Positions 29,692 through 41,600 of a stretch of 64,000 bases of DNA are shown here, one piece after another. Origin of the DNA: a virus; IMG/VR virus record IMGVR_UViG_3300009164_000056, positions 25,571 to 89,570 of that record, one strand, 5' to 3'. Position 1 is the stretch's first letter; each line of letters opens with the position of its first letter. The notes below the pieces were generated by a model. That model was not told where the DNA came from. It saw nothing but the letters and a program-made list of their open reading frames with translations, and searched no databases. The position numbers and the translations under genes are program-made.

Positions 29692-32600
29692 ATGGAAAAT
29701 CAAGTTGAAAATAACAGTTTAGATCAAACAATTTTGAATAATCAGGTTACAGAAAATGTTATCCCAAAAGATAATTCATTTCAACCTGTAATGGATATGT
29801 TTGATAGTGAAGAAAATAATGCTCTTATGAGCAGAATGGATTTAGCCCAATTACAACAACTTGATGCATTAAAACCATTAATTGATAGTACCGGAATTAG
29901 AGCTAATGGAAATGCTGCTGCAAGAAGACCTACATTATCTTCTAATACCTTTGATCCTGTTCTTCAACAAAATCCTCCTAACTTAAATGAGCCAGGTGGA
30001 TTTGAAAGAATGATGGAACAAAATGTAAAAACTGGTTTTCAACAACAACAAAAAAGTATTAAACCAGGAACTGGTGTAGCTGCACCTGCTTTTACAGGAA
30101 TGGTTCAAAGTAATTTCATGCGTTATTATGAGCATCCTGAATTTCAAAAATTAGGATGGAAACCATTTGCAGATAATGAAGCATACTATAATGCTAACTC
30201 AACCATCTATGATGATATGAGTAGAATGTGGGGTCAGTTTGGTAGTTTAGCAGGAACAGGATTTATGGGTGGTTATAGATCTATAGGATCTATGTTTACT
30301 GGTGAGTCAATGGTAACAGATTTAAAATCTGCAAATGAGTTTGAGGATGCAATGGCAATTGGTAACTCAAGTAGAGGTGGTGCATTAGCTTGGACTAATA
30401 ACTTATTATTAAATTCAGCATATACTGTTGGTATTATAGGTTCTATTGCTGCAGAAGAGTTAGCATTAGCTGCTTTAGAAGTAGGAACATTTGGTGGTGC
30501 AACTCCCCTAGTAGCTGCAAGAACTACAGCCAATGCAGCAAGATTAGCAAGAGCTGTTGGTCAAGCTACTACTGTTGGTAGATTATATAGTGCTGGTAGA
30601 GGAATGATGACTACATTAAAAGGTCTTGATGCAGCAAAAGATTTTTGGTCTGTTGCTAGAGCTGGTGGTAAAATGACAGCCGGATTATTTGCACCTGAAA
30701 CATTAGCTGCTGTCAAAAGATTAAAGACTACAGAAGTAGTTGCACAAAACTTAACTAATATGGCTAAAGCATCTGAGTATGCTGGTTCATTTTATAGAGA
30801 TGTAAGAGCTTTAAATTTAGCATTATCAGAAAGTAAACTTGAAGGAGGTATGGTCTATAATCAATTGATTAAAGACGGTATGGATATTAAGTTTGCTGAA
30901 AATAATGGAGGTCCTGTTACTACAGAACAAGTTGCAGACATTCAGAATAATGCACACAAAGCTGCATTTGCAACTACAATGACAAACATGCCTGTGATAT
31001 ACTTGACTAATAAATTAGTTTTGGGTAATTCATTAGGCGGTTTTAATAAATCATTAGGTAGAGTATTTAATGAACAAGCAAAAGGTATTGGTAGCAGAAT
31101 TATTAAAACTGCACAGACTGTTGGTAAAGATGGTGTAAAATCACTATCTCCATTTAAAGATGCTGGTACAGGACTTAAAGGATTAATTACAACAATTGGT
31201 AATGCAGGAGTTAAAGGTAACCTGACAAAATTAGGTCAAGGATCATTAAGATATTTTGCTGCAAATTTAGGAGAAGGTGTACAAGAACTTTCCCAAGAAG
31301 CTATTTCTGCTGGTACTAAAAATTATTATACTTCTTTATTAAAGGATCCAATGAATGGAGGACCTGAATTGTTTAATGCTTCAGTCAAAGCTGGAATAGG
31401 AGAACAATTTTCAGCTCAAGGTTTTGATGTGTTTATGTCAGGATTTTTAATGGGTGGTGTAGTTTCTGGACCACAAAAATTATTTTTTCAAGGTGTACCT
31501 GCTTTATATCAAAGAGTTGCAAATCCAGAAAAGTATGCTGAGTATAAACAAAACAAAGAAGACTATATTAAATCTGTAGTTGATACTTATAATGCTGTTT
31601 GGAATACACAAGCAGAAGATCCAAATGCAATGTTTGATCCTAAGAAATATAATTTCTTACAACAAAAAGCAGCAGCAACTGGTAAAACACTAGCATCTAT
31701 TGCTAATGATCAATTTGATTTTATTGATGAAACAGATTTTGCTAAGTTTCAACAGATTCATACTGTATTAAGTACAGGTGGTGCTGCTTTATTTCAAGAT
31801 CAATTAGTTGATTATATGAAAATGTCTGATGAAGATTTAGCTACAGCTTTTCCTTCAAGCAAAAAAGATATTAAAAATGGAAAGATTAGAGAACGTCTTC
31901 AAAGTATGGTTAATCAAATTGACAAAACTGAAGATGTATATCAACAATCTAAAGATAGAAATCCAAATCCATTTATGCCTGAAGCTTATGAAAGAGGTTC
32001 AAGACAATGGACAGAAGAAACAATAAAGAAAGTTGCATTTGAACATGCAAGATATCTTTATATGTTTACTCAAGATGGATTTACTAGAGCATTGGAAAGA
32101 TCAAATAGTATATATCAAAGTTTAACATCTGATCCATTGTTTGATAAAATGGCAGCAAGTGATTTAACTGTATTGTTAGATCAAGATTCTATTGATAAAG
32201 AAATACAAATGTTAACTGAAGAAGCTATTGTTTTATCAGGAGACAAAATTAATGAAAGCAAAGTAAAACAAAAGACAGAAAGAATAGAAAGACTATCTGC
32301 ATTTAAAAATGTATTACTAGAAAATCAAACTAAAGATGGTTCTTTTGATAAAAGAAAAATGGGCCTACTTAGAAATGAATTTGAAAAGTATGTTAAACAC
32401 ATGGCTAATCAATCTGGTACATTTGTAAATAAAGAAAATATTGATGCTGCATTAAAACAAATTATAGATTATACTGCATTAAAAGGTAGAGCCAAGGTAT
32501 ATGATAAAACAATTGAGTATTTGAATGATCCTCAAAAGTTTGATCTAGTATTTGAAAGAACTGCTGAAGTATTGAAAGAACAATATAAAAACAGAAAATC

Positions 32601-35600
32601 AATATTTGAACAACAAGTACGTGATTACGTTGGTGTAATTGAAAGAAATGAATTAGCTAATCAAATTGCTAAATTAGGATTTATTCCTAATAATACAGAA
32701 ATGAAAATGTTTTTAGAAACTGGAGACAGTAGATACTTAAAAACATTTTACAATCAAAAAGGAGAACAACTATCTGCTTATGATAAACAAGATCTAGAAG
32801 ATATACAAGCATTGTTAAATGACTATGAAGAAACTAGACCTGATAAAAAAGTAGAAGAAGTTAAAGATGAAGAAGAAGTAGCAGAAGAAGCAAGAACTGA
32901 AGTAGATGATATATTAGATGGTATAAACATTGAAGTTTCAGTTAAAGATTCAGTTGTATTAGATAATACAATGAAAAAAGCTTATGCTAAATATGCAGCT
33001 AAACAAACGGCAGCTGGTAAAAAACCAATCACTTTAGATAAATGGATCAACAGTGAAGATGGTAAAAATCATAGAGCGGCATTTATTGCTGTTAAGAAAA
33101 TTTGGATTGATAATGACACATTGATAAATCCAAATAATCCACTCACTGAAGCAGAAATCCAAAGTGAATCTAAGTTAATACCATGGTTACAAAGTCAAGA
33201 AGGTAAAACAAATGACTTAGTACAGAATGTTGTTAATGCATTAGGGTTAACTATTGATGATGTTACTGGTCAAACAGAGTTGTTACCTGCAGAAGGTGAA
33301 GCTGTTGAAGGTAATAAAAATATAACAATAGTTAAGAAAGGTAATACTGTTTCATTAATTGAATTAAAGACTGTTGACTCACAAGGTAACATAAGTACTT
33401 CATATCAATTAGTAGATCAATTTAAACAACCATTAGAGGAAGAACTATTAAATAGATTTAATGTTCCTTCATTTGGTATTTTTGTTGAGGGAGATAAAGT
33501 TAAAGCATTGTCTATGCAAAAAGCTATTGATGATGCAGCACCAGATACTACGTCATTTATTTTTGATGATGTAGAATTAAACTATGGTCAACTTGTTTAT
33601 GATCAAACAGGTAAAGAATTTATTGTAGTAAGTCAACCAAAACAAGTTGGTACTGAACGTAAATTATTAGTTGTACCCTCTGATGAAATTAGTCCTTCAA
33701 TAGAAGAGACTAAGAAAGCTACCTTTAGTGTTAAGCCGGGTGAGTTTAAAGCATCATTTAATGTGCAAGCTTTAGATCTTAAAGTACTACCACAAAGCGT
33801 TAGTAGGTTAAATATTAATGAACCTATTCAACCTTATGCATATAGAAATAAAGATGCTGCTACTAATCAATGGTTAGAAACTCCTGAACAAGCAACAGCA
33901 AGATATAACTTAGTTATGTCTATGTTGTCTTCTGAAGAATTAAATGAATTAGAATTAATTGTTACATTAGATCCTGAAGGAGGATTAAATAATGGTAATT
34001 TAATTATCCCTGGTTTTAAAGAAGCAAACCCCTATATCCAAACAATAAGAGCAAACTATTCTGTTGGAATTAGAACTTCTAATCCTAATGTGCAGGCTAA
34101 GATTGATGCTGCTATTGAAAAGAACGGTTTAAATAAAAGCAATTCACCAAATGGTGTTTTTGGTTTTATGCAAAATGCAAATTTTGTAATAACTAATTCT
34201 CAAGGTACTGTAATTAATCCTGCTACTATGACAGCGGATGAATACAAAAATATAGTATACACACCAGAAGGAATGGATGTAAATCTTGAAGAAGATTTAA
34301 AACGTGCTCAAAATAATTTTGCATTAAATAATTTATTAAGTTCTATGTTACCTGAGTTAGTAGCAAATAATCCTGATGGAGTTATTGCACTTTCTAAATT
34401 ACCAAACGGTTTATCATTCATCTCTAAACCAGGAGTAACAATGTATGATAAGTCTCCAAAACCATTAGGAGATTTACAATATAGTACTGCTGATGAAGAA
34501 GGTAATTATTTGATTTATCAATTAGAAAATAATAAAGGAGGAGCAAGAACTAAAGTTGCTATATCTAATCTTGAAGGAGAAGAAAGAAGACAACTAATAG
34601 ATAGAGTTGAAGAAAGCTTAACTAAACAAGGATTGTTAGATAGCATTACAAGTTTAACTGATGCTTATGTTGCTGCAGTATTATTACCTGATGGATCATA
34701 TGCTTTAGTAAATCTAAAAGCTAAGTCTATTGATTTGAATGCTAAATTTCTTGAATTAATAAATAGATCTGAAACAACTCTATCTGATAATCCTGAAGCT
34801 AATGCTGAAAAATTTGATAAAAGATTTAACGTTGACTATAACAAAGCATTAAGAAGTGAATTATTTATTAGTGCTAAACCTGGCTATAGACTTTCATTAC
34901 AAGTAAGTCCTTGGGGTAAGATTGAATTAGAAATTTCAGATTCTAATAATAAACAAATAGGTATAGTTAGATTAAATAAATCTGAGATTTCAAATAAAGA
35001 TCTATCAGTTGATGATAAACTTAACTTACTATTAGATAAATTTAATGCGTTACCAGCTGTTGTTGCTGCTGATGTAAATCTTACAGCTGCAAACTTTAGA
35101 GCTTCATACTCTAGAGAAGCGGGTGTTCAAGAAATACTTGATAAGACAACAACACAAGTTGCACCACAAGTAGTATCTAATAATGCAATTCAATTATCTG
35201 CAGATTCTTCAGCTATTCAAGCTGCTAAAAATATTCCTATAGTTCAACGAACTGCTTTTGTTTCAACAGAAGAAATTCCTGTAGGAATTGATGAAATAGT
35301 TTTAGATTTAGATACAGCTGGTAAAAGACTTGATATAGAAAAAAGAAGAAAAGCAGAACTGGATGAATTAAAAAGAAAAAGACAGTTTGATAAAAAGAAT
35401 ACAGATCCTATTAATGCTAGGTATGATGCTGAGTTAGCTGCTTTAGATAGTAGTAAGGAAGTAGTAATAACTTCAGAAGAAAAAGCAGACGCAGTTAATA
35501 CAGATAATATTAATCCTGAAGATATTAATGTAGATGATATTAATGCATTAAGAAATGGTGTTAGATTAAACAAATTAGAAGGTGTTAAGCAACAATTAGA

Positions 35601-38600
35601 AACTCTTAAAGCAAAACTTACCGAAGGGTTAGTTGGAGCAGCTAAAATTAAGGCTGTTAAAGAAAGCAAAGAGTATCAAGATCTTTTAGCTGAAAGAAAA
35701 AAATTAGAAAGTGAAGCTAATAAAATAGTTTCTATTGAAGATGCTGTTGCAGATGCTGAAGACATTAATGTATTTACAGAATGGGCTTCACAAAATCTTC
35801 CAAGTTTTATAACAATAGAAGATATTAAAACATTAGGTGATAACCTTAAAGCTGGAGGTGTACGTGTTGGTGCATTTGTTTTAGGTCTTAATGATATTGG
35901 TGGAGGATTAACTGTTAATGGAACTTTATTTACTGGAGCTAAATCTCCATTTAAATATCATGAAGCATTTCACGGTGTATTCAGAATGTTATTAACTGAT
36001 GCAGAAATTAAAAAATATTTAGCAATTGCTAGAAAAGAAGTAAGAGCAAAACTAAGAGCAGAAGGTAAAAACTTTGAGGCTGAATTAGAAAGATTCAGAA
36101 ATTCAGCTAATACTTATTCTGATATGAGCCGTGAAAGATTAGAACAAGAATACTATGAAGAATACTTAGCTGATGAATTTGAAAAATTTAAAGCAAATGC
36201 AAAATCAACTCAAACAGATTCTTCTGTTAAGTCTTTATTCACTAGAATTATGGAGTGGATTAAATCTGTATTCAGCTCCTTTACTAAGAATCAATTACTT
36301 ACTTTATATGAAAACATTGATGCGGGTAAGTTTAAAAATGCGGGAGTAAGTCAAAATCAATTTGTTACCAGCATGATGACTGGTATAGCATTAGAAGCTA
36401 ATGCATTATTACCATATGATACAGAACAGAATGCCAACAATAAAGTTGGATACTACTTCTTAGATAGTGCTATTGCTGAACCTTTGGTTTCAAGTATAGC
36501 TGCTATGTACATACAAGAAGTTCAAAAAGTAAGAGACCCAAATGTTAAACGCGGGGACATACTTGAGAATGTTATGAATGATTTTGCTGCTTTATATGAT
36601 GAAGAAACTGAAGCAAATCAAAAACTTTCTGATGAACAAAAGAAATTTTTACCTCAGATTAGTGAAGTGTTTTATAATTTTTCTGATGAGTTAAAATCTG
36701 AAGTATACAAAGTATTAAACATTATAACTAAACAAACTCAAGAAGAAGAATATAATAATGAGTATTTTGAAGAAGAGGTTGGTTTAAGAAATGTAGAACA
36801 GTACAGTATGGATGCTTCTATGATTGGTGGTTTTGGTTCTTTATCTGAAGGATTGAGAAGTTACTTAGCTACAACAACTATAGAAGAAACAGATTACTTT
36901 GGTAACAAAGAATTAAAGCCAGGAGTAAAACTAATTGTTCCTATCAACTTTACATCTGCTTATAATGGATTATTAAAAGCTGTTAAAAATATTGATGATT
37001 CTAAGAAGATGTTACAAAACATGTACTTCTTTGGGTTAGATAATCCTCAGACTGGTGCCGTTGTAACAAGATTATTACAAGACTTTGGTATATCTGTAGA
37101 AACATTGTTAGAGGCAGGTCCATTACCTACTGAGATTAAAAATGCTGCTTTATTTACATCTGTTGTAAAAGGATTTACAACATTTAGAGTAGATTACTTA
37201 TTTGTACAAAGAGATAATGCCGGTGCAGTATTAATTTATTCTGCAGCACAAAGAGATGATATTAATTCACAATTAGAATCATGGTCTCAAGCTTGGGGTC
37301 AAGCTGAAAAGAAAATTAAATCTGATGTAAAAGTTAAAAATGAAACTGTTAGAACATTAGAAGATTTTGCAAGTTATTTAAAACCTAGTGATACAAAACT
37401 TACTGGTCCAAAATTATCTGAGTTATCTTCTAAGTATTCACAAGATATCTTTAGACTTACAGGTATTAAACTAAGCAAGCAGTTTATTGCATTTAGTATT
37501 GCATCATCAAGAAACAATCCTACAGTTGCACAGGCAGCATTAGTAAATGCTAATTCTGAGCAAACACCAATAAGCTATAGTGATATTCTTGAAATGAATA
37601 AATTAATTCAACAGGGTAATGACATCTTTAGTGAAGGAGAAACAGGAGCTAGTTCTAGACTTAGAACATTAGCAATTCAAAATGCACCATTTGATGAAAC
37701 AATTGGAGCATCTGTATTTAAAAATCCTGAAGGCAACTTAGTATATGCACATCAATTGCCTACATTCCATTTAAAAAGAATACAAGAGTTAAATGATGTT
37801 GCAGAATTAGAACGTCTTAAAGGATCTGATCCTTACTTGACTAATAACTTCTTATTGAATAGTGATGCCTTTATACAAATGTCTGCAGAAAATAGACAAA
37901 GAGTTTTAAGAATTGCTGGAAGTAGTGTTGGTAAAATTAACAGTACTGAAGAAGAGCTTAATGATAAAATCTCAGGTGTATCTAATAAATCATCTTATGG
38001 TAATTATACACCACAAGAATTTGCATTAAGTATACTTAATACATACACTGCATTATTAAATACTAAAAGTAATAAAGTAGATACAGTTGAATACTTTGAT
38101 GATGTATTAAATAAAAATGTAAAAGCTGCATTAGCTCCAATTCTTATTAGAGTTTTAGAAGCATCTAATACTGGGGATTTAATGTATCTACCTGTAGTTA
38201 AAGCTGTTAGGTTTGAAAAAGCAGGTGCTGGTAAAGTTGTATTAACAGATGAAATAATAAATGCATTTGTAAATAGAATTGAAAGTGAATATGATAGAAT
38301 TAGACGAGAGTCAAATCCAGAAACTAAAACTGAAGAAACTCAACTTGGTTACAATACTGAAGATGGTAGAGCATTTCAATTAATAAATTCAGGTCTATTA
38401 CTTACTCCAGAATTAAAAGTTTCTTTGGAAGAAATTGCAAAACGTGAAGATGCACCTTCATTGAAAGAAGCTTTAAAAGAATTAAATGTAACTGATAAGA
38501 CTTTTAGGTCTGTTGTTAATACACAATTGGAAAGTCAATACACCAAATTCTCTGAAGGTTTAGCTGAATTACAAATTGAAGATCAATTAGGTAAAAGTAT

Positions 38601-41600
38601 AACAGAAGGTTTAGCAGCAACAACAAAAGCTAATCAAAATTTAATTGAGTCAGCTGAATTACTTAATCTTACTTATGATAAAGAATATAACTTAAAACAA
38701 ATATTCTTTAATGACTGGATCAATACAACGTCTATAAATGATGTTCTTTTAGGTGACCAAGCTGTTACATTAAAAGATGGAGTTGATGCTGTTAAAAGAG
38801 CCAAGATGCAGAATGCAGCATACTATAGTGCTTATACTTCTATATCTGCAAAAGATTTAGGTGTAATGCATACAGTTGATGATATTAGTTTAGTTTCTTT
38901 AGAAGAACCAGTGGGTGTTTCTACTTTAACAGGAAAAAATATTGATAGATCAGATGCTCAAATGTGGATGACCACAAAAGCATTTAGATATATGTGGTTT
39001 GGGTTTGGTAAACTTACTCCTGCTCAGGCAAAACTTATTGATAAAATTGAAGCTGGTGAAGATATATCTTCTGAAGAGTTGTTTGGTCAAGATGGTTATG
39101 TTGATATGGGAAGTATGCTTAACTCTAAAAAGTTAGTATATGGTGATGGTAAAACATTCATCAAGATGTCTGCTTTTGTATTGACACCACAACTTACATC
39201 TAATAAAGTAGTAGATGAAAATGGAAATGTAACTTTTGTACCTAAAGAAACTAAAGTTGACTTACACAATTTAAGAGTTAAGCTTGAAGCTATTGAGAAA
39301 ACTAAAGATACAATCAGTATAGCTGCACCATTAAGTGCACTTAAAATGTTAAAGCAACGTGTAAATCCACTAAGTGATTTGGGTAATACTAATTCATTTA
39401 CAAATGGACACACTACATTGAGTGCAAAATACATGGGTCTTCAAGTATTAACACCATCAAATAAGACAGAAGTTATTGATCCAACACAAGTAAAGAACAT
39501 TGTTACTTCTGAACAAAAAGATAGCGTATATGTAGAAGCTTTAGGAATGACAGTTGGTCAAATTAGAACTGCATACAATCTTGCTACCTCAGCTAAAGTT
39601 GAGTTGAAGTTTAAAAACAAAAGGAATTTAATTTTTAGTTTTGAAAAAGGAATGCAAGAACTTGCAATCTCAAAACAAAACAATAAAATAACTCCTAACT
39701 TAACAGCATTCTTAAGATATGCTACTGAGGGTCTTAAAGCATCTCAAGCAAGTAGTAACTTACTAGAGTTCTTCTCAACTCAAGATGGTGAGCAAAAATA
39801 TGATTTAAATAATCCTATTACTTTAAATAAATTTGAGCAATTGTTCTTAAGTTATTTAAGTAAAGGAGCACTTGCAGAAAAGGCACCCGGTCATGCTGTA
39901 GCTTTAGTATCTGACTTTGGTACCAAAGTTTATAGAAGAGTATTTAGTGTAGATGAGAATGGTGTACCAGATAGATCTGAAATAATTAGAGAGAACGTTT
40001 GGAATAGTTTAGCTAATAAACCTCAGCTAGGTGAATATGATACATTATCTATTACACTTAAAGATAACAAAAACGGTGTTGTTATACTTGACCGTTTAAG
40101 ATCTGGTGTTAAAGAATATGATAAAGATGGTAAGTTTACAGGTGAAAGATATACTGAGATGCTTATGCCGGCTCACTTTAAATCTGTAATGGACTTAGTT
40201 GAGAATACTAATTCAGCATTCCCGGATGTATTATCAAAAATGTTTGCTGTACGTATTCCATCTCAGGATAATCACTCAACAATAAATGTTAAACATGTTG
40301 ACTTCTTACCTGGATTTTATGGTTCTTCTGCAATGTTTGCTCAAGAACTTATTGAGATATCAGGAGCGGATTTTGATATTGATAAAGTTTATATGCAGAT
40401 TAAAGAGTTCTATGAAGACAAAGGACAGTTTTATGAGTATGGTAAACAAACTACAGACAATGGTAAATACACAGATTACTTAAGATATGTATCTGAAAAA
40501 GTAAATCAACCAGGAACAACATATGCTGAAGCATTAGATCTATATAGAAATAATCTTCAAGCATCAAGTATTGCAAATTCTGTAACAGATATTGAACAAG
40601 AAATAGCTTCAGATGCAGGACTATCAGAAAATGGTATAAAAGCTTTACAAATTTTAGGACTACCTATTACAAAAGATCAGTACTTAGAATACAAAAAGAA
40701 TTTCCGTGAGCCATATGAAGCTCCAATGAACAATGCTATTTTAGATTACAAGTATGCATTAATGGGTAATACTGGTGTAACAGAAACAACTAATGAAAAT
40801 GAGACACCTATTTCATATACATCTGCTAGTTTACAGATATTAACTGATTCATTAAAGGAATTAGAAGAAGTATTACCAGGGTTACTTGAACGTTCAAGAG
40901 AAGATAACATTGATATTAATAATATCATTGGTAAGATCAAAGCATTTACAAATAACAAAGGTGCTGCTATTGGTGCAATTGTATTACCTAACGTATACTT
41001 AAGTTTATTGACTGAGTATGGTATTACAATAAATGATAAAGGGCCCAAGATTAGTGTTAATGGAATTACTTATGATGACTTTGGGGTAACTAGAGAACAA
41101 CTAGCAAATGGTTTAGAAGGATTACGTAAACAAGATATTATCTCAGCATTGATTACAATGGCTACTGATAATGCTAAAGAACGTCTTGTAGCTAAACTTG
41201 GTTTAAATAAACATGCTCTTGGAGTTGTTGCCAACTTAACTGCTTTAGGTGTTCCTATTAAAACATCTTTATTGTTGATTAACAATCCAATGATACAAGA
41301 TATTTATTCTCAAGCATTAAACAAAAAAGATAAATTAGATCCTGGAGTTAATAGTATTCTGAATAGTATATTGGCAGATTTAACTGAAAAAAGAAAGGCA
41401 GTTAAATTGGGGGATGCTAAATCTATAGAAGCTATTAAAGTTAATGACAATCTTTTAATAGATGCATTTAATAATCCTGAAGAAGTAACTAATAATGAAA
41501 AGATTGCAATATTAAATTTATTTTCAAACGCTGTACAAGTTAAAGACTTTACAAGTAATATGTCTGCTGTAGCCGGTTTAACAAATGGTTTAGGTAAAGA

